Virus record (IMG/VR): IMGVR_UViG_3300029653_000015
Length of the DNA stretch: 27,553 nucleotides
Strand: one strand, 5' to 3'
Source of the DNA: a virus
Lineage: Duplodnaviria; Heunggongvirae; Uroviricota; Caudoviricetes
Positions 1 through 9,083 of the stretch are shown in pieces (the first letter of the stretch is position 1; each line of letters opens with the position of its first letter). The notes below the pieces were generated by a model. It saw nothing but the letters and a program-made list of their open reading frames with translations, searched no databases and was not told where the DNA came from. Both the position numbers and the translations under genes were made by a program.

Positions 1-33
1 GGCTCAGGAGTGAGAGAAGCCGGACGTTATGGT

Positions 34-465
34 TTAGCGTGGTAAGATCTGTGTAGTTTTCTGGATGCTTTCAGTAATTTTCTGGATGCTTTCAGTAAAT
101 AGTAATGAGTTATCAAAGGCATAGTAATATCTTTGGTGTTCCTGGATATTTGTAACCCATCGGAAAACTCCTGCTTTAGCAAGATTTTCCCTGTATTGTT
201 GAAATGTGATTTCTTTTGATTTCAACTTATTATAGGAGGTCTCTATAAGATGTTTGTTTCTGGAGAATTTAACATTTACAACCTTTTTGAGTCCTTTTAC
301 TAACACTATGTTGTCGTTTTCTAACACAATGTGAATATTATCTGTGGCTAAATAGTAAATATAAAGTGAGATATTGTGACGTTTTAGCTCAGAATAAAAT
401 AATTCACAGTTTAAATCTTTACGTACTTGATCGAATATTTCTTTAAAAATGGCAGCCTGAGCCAT
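34..465 (-). CDS. DUF1398-like prophage protein (YbcV/YdfO-like)
   Basis: Minus-strand ORF 34..480. Start chosen at the second ATG (465) because GGAAGG sits 7 nt upstream. Position between lysis-side genes and cos matches the ybcV slot of DLP12-type lambdoid prophages. Family assignment is from memory only. Confidence 0.45.
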   Translation of the reverse strand: MAQAAIFKEIFDQVRKDLNCELFYSELKRHNISLYIYYLATDNIHIVLENDNIVLVKGLKKVVNVKFSRNKHLIETSYNKLKSKEITFQQYRENLAKAGVFRWVTNIQEHQRYYYAFDNSLLFTESIQKITESIQKTTQILPR

Positions 466-765
466 TGGTAAACCTTCCATGTGATACGATGGCGCGTAGT
501 TTGCATTATCGTGTTTATTGTTTCAATCTGGTCTGACCTCTTTGTGTTTTGTTGATGATTTATGTCAAATATTAAGCCTGTTTTTAATGAATAGTGTTGA
601 TTGCGTAACAAAATTGAGCCTTGCTGGCATCCAGGAGGGATATGCAACCGACAGATGTATGTAAGGTCGATGTACTCAAACTTTCATACTTTTCCTCTTT
701 TATGCAGTAAGATTTGAAGTAATATTTTAACCGCTAGATGACGAGCAAACGCATGGAGCGACAAA

Positions 766-972
766 ATGAATAAAGAACAATCTGCTGATGAACTCTCGTT
801 GGATCTGATTCGTGTAAAAAATATGCTTAATAGCACCATTTCTATGAGTTACCCGGATGTTGTAATTGCATGTATAGAACATCAGGTGTCTCTGGAAGCA
901 TTCAGGGCAATTGAGGCAGCGTTGGTGAAGCACGATAAGAATTCGAAGGATTATTCCCTGGTGGTTGACTGA
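766..972 (+). CDS. small prophage protein, YbcW-like (68 aa)
   Basis: 68-aa ORF with GGAG 8 nt upstream of the ATG. Size and position next to the DUF1398 gene and upstream of cos/terS match ybcW of DLP12-like prophages. Confidence 0.4.
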   Translation: MNKEQSADELSLDLIRVKNMLNSTISMSYPDVVIACIEHQVSLEAFRAIEAALVKHDKNSKDYSLVVD

Positions 973-1318
973 GCACCATAACTGCTAATCATTCAAACTA
1001 TTTCACCTGTGACAGAGTCAATATCGCATTCTGTCACTGTCAGGCTAATACAGAGCTGCAATTCAACTACTGCAATGTCCTCGTAATTAGGTGAATTTAC
1101 AATATCGTCCTGTTCGGATGCCGGCTGCATTGCTGAAGATGAGGCATTTATGGTTCGCATATTTTCCCCTCATGCTCGTCAGTCCTGTGCGTAGGAAGAA
1201 ACAGGACACTCACACTAATTTGTGTGGGCATGCTGTGATGTCCTTCTGAATTATTCCTATGCCATTATGTAAAGCGCTGTATCAGATGCTCGTCACGGCT
1301 GTCAGGCTGTCAGGCTGT

Positions 1319-1544
1319 CGGGTCCTCCCGGTGGGGGCCCCTGCCACGGGGCGGGAGCGTCGCGGAAAAAGGCTAGTTTTTGCATTTCCATGGCGGCGGC
1401 AGCATGTTTGGTAATTTATTGATAATTAAAAGTTATTTCTCTTTTTACCTGTACAATATTTTTTTCTTCCTGTCATTAGACCAGTTTGCAATTAATTGAA
1501 ATATATAAATAAACCTGATTTTCACCTGCCAGATGGAGTTGCTT
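1319..1544 (+). other. helper prophage cos region (cosN-like core CCACGGGGCGGGAGCGTCGCGG at 1345..1366, plus AT-rich cosB-like segment up to the terS start)
   Basis: The GC-rich core resembles lambda cosN (GGGCGGCGACCTCGCGG). It lies about 190 bp upstream of terS, the same spacing as in lambda. The segment recurs at 9998..10236 and 12538..12610. Confidence 0.6.
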
Positions 1545-2072
1545 ATGTCAAATGTGAGCGGGATCGGTGATGCTTATTACTGGAGTGTTTTTAAAATCGC
1601 CGAGGCCTTTGGGCTTCACCGGGACACAGTAAAAAAACGGCTCCTCGCGGCCAACACTCCTGTGGCTGCGACTGTCAGGGGGAACCCCGTTTACGCCCTG
1701 CAGCATGTCGGGCCCGCCCTGTTTAGTGTGAAGCATGAGGCAGCAGACTCTGTTCATGATCCATCCCGTATGGAGCCGAAAGAGAGAAAGGACTGGTACC
1801 AGTCTGAAAATGAAAGGATCAAGCTGGAAAAGGAGCAGCGAAAACTCATCCCAGTTGATGAAGTAGTCATCGTCTATTCGTCCATGAGAAAGGCTGTCGT
1901 CCAGGTTCTGGAGACAATTCCGGATGTTCTTGAACGCGATTGCGCCCTGACTCCTCAGGCCGTCGGCGTTGTACAACAGGCCATTGATGACCTGCGATAC
2001 ACTCTTCAGGAAAAATCCTACGAGGCTTGTGCTGCTGAATTAATTCCTGATGAGGAAGGAGAGAGTCTCTAG
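1545..2072 (+). CDS. terminase small subunit (helper prophage)
   Basis: Sits directly between cos and terL. N-terminal HTH-like segment, central charged KDWYQSENERIKLEKEQRKL coiled-coil-like segment. Homologous to the second copy at 12764..13249. Start taken at ATG 1545 (GGAG 6 nt upstream); the ATG at 1533 is the alternative. Confidence 0.65.
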   Translation: MSNVSGIGDAYYWSVFKIAEAFGLHRDTVKKRLLAANTPVAATVRGNPVYALQHVGPALFSVKHEAADSVHDPSRMEPKERKDWYQSENERIKLEKEQRKLIPVDEVVIVYSSMRKAVVQVLETIPDVLERDCALTPQAVGVVQQAIDDLRYTLQEKSYEACAAELIPDEEGESL

Positions 2073-2080
2073 GAGGAATA

Positions 2081-3073
2081 ATGGGTTTTTCATCAGCCCG
2101 AAATTTGGGAAGGGACATATCGGCAGGATTTTCCCCACCACGTCGCATGCCGATTTCGGAGGCTGTTAAAAAATTCATGCGTGTTCCCAAGGGGGCTGGT
2201 AACTCGGTGCCATGGGATCCTGAACTGACACCCTACATCATTGAGCCCATGAACTGCCTGGCATCGCGTGAATACGATGCGGTGATTTTTGTTGGTCCTG
2301 CGCGAACAGGGAAGACCATTGGTCTGATCGATGGATGGATTGTCTATACCATCGTTTGCGATCCTTCGGACATGCTCGTTGTGCAGATGACCGAAGATAA
2401 GGCCCGCGAGCATTCTAAAAAGCGCCTCGACAGAACGTTCAGAAGCAGTGCTGCGGTAAAGAAAAGAATGAGTCCACGTCGTAACGACAATAATGTCCAT
2501 GATAAGACGTTCAGGGATGGCTCGTTCCTTAAAATTGGTTGGCCCTCGGTCAACATTATGTCGTCGTCGGATTACCGGTTTGTCGCCTTAACCGATTACG
2601 ACCGTTTTCCGGAGAATATCGACAGCGAGGGTGATGGTTTCTCCCTGGCCTCAAAACGTACCACCACATTTATGTCCGCCGGGATGACTCTGGTGGAGAG
2701 CTCGCCGGGACGTGACATCTGCGATAGCAAATGGCGACGTAAGTCGCCTCATGAAGCGCCACCGACGACTGGTATTCTTTCCCTTTACAATCGTGGTGAC
2801 CGCCGCCGCTGGTACTGGCCATGTCCGCACTGCGGTGAATATTTTCAGCCAGCTATGGATGCCATGACCGGCTACCGTAATGAACCGGATCCCTTTAAAG
2901 CCAGTGAGGCGGCGTATCTACTTTGCCCGCACTGCAGCGGCATTATCACTGCGGAGAAAAAGCGTGAGCTCAATAGTGCAGGAGTCTGGTTGCGTGAAGG
3001 TCAGGTCATTGATCGTAACGGCAACGTTTCCGGTGAACCGCGCCGCTCCCGTATCGCCAGTTTCTGGATGTAG
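2081..3073 (+). CDS. terminase large subunit, N-terminal ATPase part (gene interrupted by the inserted element)
   Basis: AGGAGG RBS. Walker A-like GPARTGKT. Zinc-finger-like CPHCGEYF and CPHCSG. Ends ...RIASFWM then TAG exactly at the insertion junction. Continues in frame with 13496..14608 if the insert is removed. Confidence 0.8.
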   Translation: MGFSSARNLGRDISAGFSPPRRMPISEAVKKFMRVPKGAGNSVPWDPELTPYIIEPMNCLASREYDAVIFVGPARTGKTIGLIDGWIVYTIVCDPSDMLVVQMTEDKAREHSKKRLDRTFRSSAAVKKRMSPRRNDNNVHDKTFRDGSFLKIGWPSVNIMSSSDYRFVALTDYDRFPENIDSEGDGFSLASKRTTTFMSAGMTLVESSPGRDICDSKWRRKSPHEAPPTTGILSLYNRGDRRRWYWPCPHCGEYFQPAMDAMTGYRNEPDPFKASEAAYLLCPHCSGIITAEKKRELNSAGVWLREGQVIDRNGNVSGEPRRSRIASFWM

Positions 3074-3234
3074 GGTACATTTCTTACCTGTTTTTATGTT
3101 CTGGTGTCGTTTTATAGTCTTTTCAATGAGTTGTGATTTTTTGAGTTTCCTCTCTTTACTTGATAATGAGTTAGTTTATCGCTTGTTATCGACTTGAATG
3201 GACTACATGACGGACTAAAAAATGAGGGCGATAG

Positions 3235-4473
3235 ATGTCGGTAAAGCCATTAACCGTGACTGAAGTTAAGGGGATGAAACCACGTGAAAGGGACTATGCC
3301 GTTTATGATGGGTTCGGTTTATTGCTGAATGTGAGTAAAGCAGGTGGGAAAGTGTGGCGTTTCCGTTATAGCCATCCGATAACGAAGAAACGGCAGACAT
3401 ACACGATAGGGCGTTTTCCTGAATTCTCACTCGCGGAAGCACGGGAAGTACGTGATGAACTTCGGCGAATGATTGCACGTGGAGTTGATCCAGTGACAGA
3501 GAAGAAAAATCGTAAAATTGAGATGGCGCTAAAAAATCTACAGACATTTGAAGTCGTTGCTAATGCATGGTTCGCTTTTAAAAAAGGATCGGAGTTGAGG
3601 AAACCTACGTTGTATAATATCGAATATGAAGTATATAAGTATCTTGTTCCTTTCTTTGGTAAATACAGAATAGATAAAATTACAGCACCATTAGCAATTA
3701 AGGCACTGGATGCCGTATCTGATAAAAACGCGCTGCAAAAAAAATTAATATCAAGATTAAATGAAATCATGAATTACGCTGTAAATTGTGGCGCATTGAA
3801 AATAAATCCATTGCTTAAAATAAAGACAGCATTCACTGGAAAGAAAAATAAATTATTAGCCGCGTTACCTATAGAAAGATTACCTGAATTTCTGAGCTGG
3901 TGGGATAGTGTGCCTCATAAGTATCAAATAGCTCACAATGCGCTTTTATTCCAGATATTGACAATGGTAAGGCCCGGAGAGGCGATCCAGGCAGAGTGGT
4001 CCGAGATTGATTTTGATTCTGGCTTGTGGATTATCCCCGCGCATAAAATGAAATGCCATCGTGAACATGTTGTGCCTCTCTCATCACAGGCTATTAGAAT
4101 ACTAAGAACAATGCAGGAAATAAAAAGAGGGCGTTATATATTTTTTTCCTCCAGAACAAAAGATGCTCCTATGGGGAGGAATACTATCAATACCCCAATT
4201 GCTGCCAGTAAGTTCAAAGGGATTGTAACGTTACATGGTTTTCGTTCGATGTGGAGTACACTTTTAAATGAGGAGGGTTTTAACCCTGATGTTATTGAGG
4301 CTGCATTAGCACATAAAAGTGGTGATAAAATAAGAGATATTTATAATAGAACTACTTATTTAGAACAACGCAAAATTATGATGCAATGGGTAGGCGATTT
4401 TTTTGATGAGGCGAGAAAAGGGGTAATTAATAGATCCTGTGGTAAGAAAGGTTTGAGAATAGTAAATGGTTGA
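3235..4473 (+). CDS. int: tyrosine integrase, P4-type (N-terminal arm-binding domain)
   Basis: 412 aa. N-terminal LTVTEVKGMKPRERDYAVYDGFGLLLNVSKAGGKVWRFRY is typical of the P4-integrase arm-binding domain. C-terminal catalytic region has LHGFRSMWST (His/Arg) and a tyrosine near the end (RDIYNRTTY). GAGGG RBS. AT-rich codon usage differs from the flanking prophage. Confidence 0.9.
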   Translation: MSVKPLTVTEVKGMKPRERDYAVYDGFGLLLNVSKAGGKVWRFRYSHPITKKRQTYTIGRFPEFSLAEAREVRDELRRMIARGVDPVTEKKNRKIEMALKNLQTFEVVANAWFAFKKGSELRKPTLYNIEYEVYKYLVPFFGKYRIDKITAPLAIKALDAVSDKNALQKKLISRLNEIMNYAVNCGALKINPLLKIKTAFTGKKNKLLAALPIERLPEFLSWWDSVPHKYQIAHNALLFQILTMVRPGEAIQAEWSEIDFDSGLWIIPAHKMKCHREHVVPLSSQAIRILRTMQEIKRGRYIFFSSRTKDAPMGRNTINTPIAASKFKGIVTLHGFRSMWSTLLNEEGFNPDVIEAALAHKSGDKIRDIYNRTTYLEQRKIMMQWVGDFFDEARKGVINRSCGKKGLRIVNG

Positions 4474-4485
4474 GGAGTTCAGCAA

Positions 4486-4689
4486 ATGAATACCAATGAA
4501 GATATTTTATTTACTAAAGACGTAATGAAAATTTTGCGCTATGGGGCAATGAGCGCATTCATCAATTTCTGGAAAGATGAAAGTAATGGTTTTCCTCAAC
4601 CGTTCAGAATTGGGCGGCGGCATACCTGGCACCGCAGAGATGTAGAGGCATGGTTAGATAAACAACGAGAACAGGCCAATCCCCACTAA
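4486..4689 (+). CDS. AlpA/excisionase-family small DNA-binding protein
   Basis: 67-aa ORF immediately downstream of int on the same strand, the usual alpA position in Gram-negative satellites. Central segment with W...RRHTWHRRDVEAWL resembles AlpA-type HTH proteins. Family call from memory. Confidence 0.55.
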   Translation: MNTNEDILFTKDVMKILRYGAMSAFINFWKDESNGFPQPFRIGRRHTWHRRDVEAWLDKQREQANPH

Positions 4690-4703
4690 TAATATCTTTC
4701 ATA

Positions 4704-4729
4704 CCCCGCACGCAATGCGGGGTTTTTTG
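4704..4729 (+). terminator. rho-independent terminator after the int/alpA unit
   Basis: Hairpin CCCCGCA cgcaa TGCGGGG followed by TTTTTT. Confidence 0.6.
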
Positions 4730-4748
4730 TATGTGAGGTAAAAAAGCG

Positions 4749-5330
4749 ATGAATAAAAATATTGCCGTGACTGGCAAGGGTGACGCACGTCCAGTGAAAA
4801 AATTCTGTGATATTCGTGATCTGGTCGTTCTGCGCTTTGATGGCGTGGATGTTCGTGTGGTGTATCTGAACGGCGATCCGTGGTTTGTTGCAAAGGATGT
4901 TTGTGCAGCTCTGGAAATAAGCAACTCACGCGATGCTCTAAAAGCCCTGGATGTGGATGAAAAGAATACTGTCGCTTTAAGCTACGGTATTCGCGGAAAC
5001 CCAAATCATAGCGTCGTTTCTGAATCCGGTTTTTACAAGCTGATCGCCAGAAGTCGCAAAGCTGTTACTCCCGGCACGTTCGCCCATCGTTTCAGTAACT
5101 GGGTATTCAGAAATGTGATATCGGGTATCAGAAAAACGGGGGCTTATGGTATCCCGTGGGGCGCATTACAGGATTTTTCTCGCCGTAAAGAGCAATATCA
5201 GATAAGTGCCAGCGAGAAGGGGAGGGAGCTACAGGCCTGTAAGCGCAAAAAACGTGAACTGGAGGAAGAAGAAAAAAGGCTGATACGTGAATATCAGCCT
5301 GAGTTTTACTTTGGTGAGCGTATTCAGTAA
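4749..5330 (+). CDS. Bro-N domain protein (antirepressor-like)
   Basis: N-terminal segment VVYLNGDPWFVAKDVCAALEISNSRDALKALD matches the Bro-N/KilA-N-like signature. C-terminal part is charged and coiled-coil-like. Confidence 0.65.
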   Translation: MNKNIAVTGKGDARPVKKFCDIRDLVVLRFDGVDVRVVYLNGDPWFVAKDVCAALEISNSRDALKALDVDEKNTVALSYGIRGNPNHSVVSESGFYKLIARSRKAVTPGTFAHRFSNWVFRNVISGIRKTGAYGIPWGALQDFSRRKEQYQISASEKGRELQACKRKKRELEEEEKRLIREYQPEFYFGERIQ

Positions 5331-5938
5331 CCACTCGCAGTGCTGATTATACGGTACATTGTGTTGACCGGGAAACCCACCAGCAAGGCAAAATCTTCTG
5401 CTAAAAAATGATATATGACCAGTCGTCCGGAAAGCATGAAATTTTACAAAAATGGAAAATGAAGATTTTTATTGTGCTGGTGGGTAAAAACAAAAAGCGC
5501 CCCGTTGCCGGAGCGCCCTTGCGAACAATTAACCTGCTGCGAAAAAAATGGATCAGTGCAGGGGAATTATATCAACCGTGTGGTGAAGCGCCACTATTGC
5601 CGGATAACAGGCAAAACAAAGGCGACCGCAAAAGAGTCGCCAGTGGGAACAAGGGAAAACAAAAGCATCACCAACAATGCCACATTTGCGGCTGGTGGGC
5701 AATGCAATCAGTCTGGTTCAGTTCGTTGCCATACCTGCAATGAGCGCTTTTCCCTGTACTCTTTAAGGAATTGCTCAAGGGCAAAAGCACATGGCGCGAA
5801 TCTTTCTGATTCATGCTCTATCTTTCTGCGTCGTCTTTTCCGTGTCGGTGATAATGTTTTGGTCAATTCTTTATCGGTCATTGTGTTGTCCTGCATAGCA
5901 ATGCGCCGTAATACCTTACACCACGGCGCTGGTGATGG

Positions 5939-6118
5939 TTATTCCTGCTCTTTGGCCTTTCGGCGCTGGCGGCGTTTGATCTCACCTTCAAGCGCCGAAA
6001 CGATAAATTGCCCAGTGCTTTCGCCTTCTTCCTTTAAATTTTCTACAGCGTCAGCTATTGCATGGGGTACTCGTGCCTCAAGTTTTTTGGATTTTCCATT
6101 AACTGCTTTCGTTGCCAT
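5939..6118 (-). CDS. ribbon-helix-helix (Arc/CopG-like) transcriptional regulator, putative repressor of the rightward operon
   Basis: 59-aa product MATKAVNGKSKKLEARVPHAIADAVENLKEEGESTGQFIVSALEGEIKRR... has an RHH-like pattern. AAGGAAA lies 7 nt upstream of the ATG. Transcribed divergently from a promoter/operator region with three GTGGCTGACA repeats. The longer upstream extension of the ORF was rejected because it would run through that region. Confidence 0.5.
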   Translation of the reverse strand: MATKAVNGKSKKLEARVPHAIADAVENLKEEGESTGQFIVSALEGEIKRRQRRKAKEQE

Positions 6119-6139
6119 ATCTGATTTCCTTGTTATTAG

Positions 6140-6222
6140 GTGGCTGACAGTATACACACAAGAAAATAGAAAAACACTATTGACGTGGCTGACACCTGTC
6201 ACTAGTATAGTGGCTGACACCT
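6140..6222 (+). promoter_or_regulatory. rightward sigma70-like promoter (TTGACG 6180..6185, 17-bp spacer, TAGTAT 6203..6208) overlapped by three GTGGCTGACA operator-like repeats (6140, 6186, 6211)
   Basis: Seen directly in sequence. Repeat 2 fills the spacer and repeat 3 sits just downstream of the -10, the classic placement for repressor operators. Confidence 0.5.
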
Positions 6223-6317
6223 TTATTAAGGTAATCGATGAAAAGACAAAGCCCGCAGGTGCTACCAACACCAACGGGCTTCTAACCACCAACGATAGCA
6301 GAAGTATCGAGGCAGCT

Positions 6318-6521
6318 ATGAGAAATTATACCAGACACCCGCAAGGGCGGGACTCGTACAACCTGAATAAATACATCTGGCGTTTTATCGCCCTGAGCAC
6401 GGCACAACCGCGCGTGATTACCATTGAGGCCACCAGCGAACAGGAAGCGCGTCAGCAATCTCCTGATGGCTGCGTGATGGTATTCGCTGCCCGTATTCGC
6501 CAGGGGGAACACCATGATTAA
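6318..6521 (+). CDS. small protein, possibly Icd-like (host cell-division inhibitor family); first gene of the rightward operon
   Basis: 67-aa ORF beginning just downstream of the promoter. WRFIAL...PRVITIEATSEQEAR...CVMVFAARI resembles Icd-like proteins of P4-like elements, recalled from memory. Its stop overlaps the next start (ATGA). Confidence 0.4.
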   Translation: MRNYTRHPQGRDSYNLNKYIWRFIALSTAQPRVITIEATSEQEARQQSPDGCVMVFAARIRQGEHHD

Positions 6522-6726
6522 CCTGTCACTTACCGACCTTAACCGCGTTCAGTTTCGTGAGAAATTTACCGGGCAGCTACTGGTCAATGTGGATAAAGGT
6601 CGCGTGGTGTGTAATTACCACCTGCCAGATGAAGCCATTGTCGCAACAAGGGAATCATTACAGGAACTCGCAGAACGTGCCGGAATGATTAACGCGAATA
6701 TTCAGGGGGTGAGACATGTGCAATAA
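6514..6726 (+). CDS. hypothetical small protein (paralogue of 6945..7157)
   Basis: 70 aa, translationally coupled to neighbours. Shares a G-x-V-L-V-x-L-x-K-G-x-V-x-C pattern with the 6945 ORF. Confidence 0.5.
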   Translation: MINLSLTDLNRVQFREKFTGQLLVNVDKGRVVCNYHLPDEAIVATRESLQELAERAGMINANIQGVRHVQ

Positions 6727-6952
6727 CACCCGTCCGGACGCAGCCGCCGAAGCAATCAGAACGCTGATGAATGCGCTGATTGATATTTCTGTTATCGCAG
6801 ACAAGGCGCATAAGCACGCCACCAGTGAAGCAGAATATGCCGGGGCTTTCGTTCCTCACTTACTGGCTGTTATGCAATTTAGTGCTGATATGGCGCTGAA
6901 TGAGGCCAGCAAAATTATCATGGCTGATATGGAGGTGGTGAGCCATGAATAA
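6716..6952 (+). CDS. hypothetical protein
   Basis: 78 aa, GGGGTGAG RBS, overlaps both neighbours in an operon-like arrangement. Confidence 0.5.
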   Translation: MCNNTRPDAAAEAIRTLMNALIDISVIADKAHKHATSEAEYAGAFVPHLLAVMQFSADMALNEASKIIMADMEVVSHE

Positions 6953-7157
6953 TCATGAAGCGCATTTACCTGTAGTGCTGAATGTGCCGTCAGATTATAC
7001 GGGGCGCGTACTGGTGTATCTGGAAAAAGGCTGGGTTAAATGCCAGTGCCGTTTAATGGAAAACGAATTTATCAGCACTCTTGCGGGATTTTCTGAAATG
7101 CTCACTAAATCGGGTGTTAGTGCAGACCAGTTACGCGGGGGCGATTATGCGAAATAA
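6945..7157 (+). CDS. hypothetical small protein (paralogue of 6514..6726)
   Basis: 70 aa, GGTGGTGAG RBS. Same length and shared motif with the 6514 ORF. Confidence 0.5.
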   Translation: MNNHEAHLPVVLNVPSDYTGRVLVYLEKGWVKCQCRLMENEFISTLAGFSEMLTKSGVSADQLRGGDYAK

Positions 7158-7365
7158 ACATGATATTGAAGACCTGGCATTTGAAGCCCTGCACTCTGCG
7201 AAAAAAATCAGGGAAGTCGTCAATATGTGGATGAACAGCCTTAGCACCGATAAATCAGATAGCAGAGAGGAAATTCTTATTTCTTTGTTGTTAGATCTGG
7301 CCAATACACAGGTTTCTCTGACATCTGATATTGAACTCTCCGCTAAAAAGCTGCCTCTGGAGTAA
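7147..7365 (+). CDS. hypothetical protein
   Basis: 72 aa from ATG 7147, with GGGGGCG upstream and overlapping the previous stop. The ORF track's earlier start at 7081 would overlap the upstream gene. Confidence 0.45.
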   Translation: MRNKHDIEDLAFEALHSAKKIREVVNMWMNSLSTDKSDSREEILISLLLDLANTQVSLTSDIELSAKKLPLE

Positions 7366-7371
7366 AAAAAC

Positions 7372-7671
7372 ATGAAAAAGAAAAATTCTGGCTTTACTGC
7401 CAGCGGCCCCGCTCGGCCTGAAATCCGCCCCGGCGATATTTTCCGGGATAACTACGGCGGCACGGTAACGATTAAAAGCGCGGCGGGACGGTGCGTTACT
7501 TACCGCCGTGATGGGTACAGCTATGACTGCGTGATGCCTGTTTATCAGTTCCGGCGTGATTTTTCGCTGGTACAGGCCACACCACGCAGACAGCCCACCA
7601 GCAACGCAAAGGCACAGGCAAATATTCAGAAAATGAAAAACATGATTAACGCATTCAGGGGCACAAAATGA
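7372..7671 (+). CDS. hypothetical protein
   Basis: 99 aa. Its stop overlaps the start of the replication gene (ATGA). Confidence 0.5.
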   Translation: MKKKNSGFTASGPARPEIRPGDIFRDNYGGTVTIKSAAGRCVTYRRDGYSYDCVMPVYQFRRDFSLVQATPRRQPTSNAKAQANIQKMKNMINAFRGTK

Positions 7672-9083
7672 AACTGGCACCGAACTTAAAAAAACAGCCA
7701 CACGACAAAATGACCGAAGTCATTATTTTTGCGGGTAGTGATGCCTGGGCGCACGCGAAACAATGGCAGGAGCAGGACGGGCGACTTGCTGGCGACAATG
7801 TTCCGCCTGTATGGCTGGGAGACAGCCAGCTTGACGAACTGGCAGACCTGAAAATTATCGACGATGGTCGCTATTGTGTCCGGCTGTACAAGGCAGGCCA
7901 CATCAAGCCGTCAAATATTAATGCTATCGGGCAAAAGCTGGCGGCGGCAGGTGTACGGGATGCGAATTATTACCCTGAGGGAATGCACAGCCAGAAGCTG
8001 GAGAACTGGCACGACTACCTGCAACGGATCCGCGAACAGGCAGAGCGCGGGGAAATACTTACTGACGAGCAATACAGCCAGCGAAAAACCACGCTACCAA
8101 TGAGCATTGGATCTGCAGGGTACGACACACAGCTTGATTATGTCGTTAAGGGCGTGATTCCGGCTAATTCATTGTGTAGCACATACGGCGCGAGCGGTTC
8201 CTATAAATCATTCCTCGCGTGTTCCTGGGCGTGTCATGTTGCCACGGGTCGCCACTGGGGAGGCCGCAGGGTGGCGCATGGTTCGGTGATGTATGTCGTC
8301 GGTGAAGGTGGCATTGGTGTCCCTCGTCGTATCAAAGCATGGGAAATCGTTAATGATGAACGGGTGAAAAATCTGTACCTGGTAAACCGCCCGATTTTTC
8401 CGGCGGTCCCGCTTGATGTTGATGAAATGGTCATCGCTTCCCGTCAGGTTGAACGGGAAACGGGTAAACCGGTACGCATGATTATTCTGGATACGCTGGC
8501 GCGTTGCTTTGGCGGTAATGATGAAAATGACGCGCGGGATATGGGGGCGTTTATCCGTGGATGTGACGAACTGAAACGGCGCACAGGGGCCACGGTGCTG
8601 GTGGTTCACCATTCCGGCAAGGATGAAACAAAGGGGGCGCGTGGTTCCAGTGCATTTCGTGCATCTCTGGACGCTGAATACCGTATTCGCCGTGAAGGTG
8701 CGGACAGTGAAGCCCTGGTTATCTCCTGCACCAAAATGAAAGACGCAGAGGAACTGAAAGAGGCCGCATACGATTTACGCGTGGTGGAGCTTTTTACCGA
8801 CACTGACGGGGAGTTAATCACGTCGCTGGTGGTTGTGGATAAGCCGCGCCCACCTGTTGAACTGGAGCGCATCGAGGAGGCCGGGAACAAGACGGAAAAT
8901 CACGCTGCGCTATGGCAGTGCATCAGAACGCGAACAGCACACGGGGAGGCGTGCACTATAGCCCTTCTCCGCGACGATATGAAAAAGCTGGGGTATGAAA
9001 TGAAAAACTTCCGGCGCTGGCTGTACAAGCTGGAAAGCGACGGCGTAATCGCTATTGACGGTGATTATGTGCGCCCACTGTAA
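7668..9083 (+). CDS. replication protein: RecA-fold ATPase (RepA/AAA_25-like helicase or primase-associated ATPase)
   Basis: 471 aa. Deviant Walker A YGASGSYKSF, Walker B-like MIILDTLAR, and VLVVHHSGKD typical of RepA-like helicases. Followed directly by an iteron array. The N-terminal ~170 aa is unassigned. Confidence 0.65.
   Translation: MKLAPNLKKQPHDKMTEVIIFAGSDAWAHAKQWQEQDGRLAGDNVPPVWLGDSQLDELADLKIIDDGRYCVRLYKAGHIKPSNINAIGQKLAAAGVRDANYYPEGMHSQKLENWHDYLQRIREQAERGEILTDEQYSQRKTTLPMSIGSAGYDTQLDYVVKGVIPANSLCSTYGASGSYKSFLACSWACHVATGRHWGGRRVAHGSVMYVVGEGGIGVPRRIKAWEIVNDERVKNLYLVNRPIFPAVPLDVDEMVIASRQVERETGKPVRMIILDTLARCFGGNDENDARDMGAFIRGCDELKRRTGATVLVVHHSGKDETKGARGSSAFRASLDAEYRIRREGADSEALVISCTKMKDAEELKEAAYDLRVVELFTDTDGELITSLVVVDKPRPPVELERIEEAGNKTENHAALWQCIRTRTAHGEACTIALLRDDMKKLGYEMKNFRRWLYKLESDGVIAIDGDYVRPL

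Noticed and set aside
3074-3234. tRNA gene at the integrase-proximal junction
   Set aside because: P4-type integrases usually target tRNA genes, but this segment is AT-rich with no cloverleaf-like pairing. The junction lies inside a protein-coding frame.
3235-4473. Minus-strand ORFs 3266..3547 and 3366..3770
   Set aside because: Antisense within the integrase gene.
5708-6118. Toxin-antitoxin pair (RHH antitoxin plus downstream small toxin)
   Set aside because: The downstream 62-aa ORF has no RelE/ParE-like features and a weak RBS. The RHH gene is better explained as regulator of the adjacent operator-bearing promoter.
5472-6521. 349-aa plus-strand ORF
   Set aside because: It runs antisense through the RHH gene and across the promoter/operator region, and its translation is cysteine/arginine-rich without domain-like features. 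Only its last 67 codons (6318..6521) were kept as a gene.
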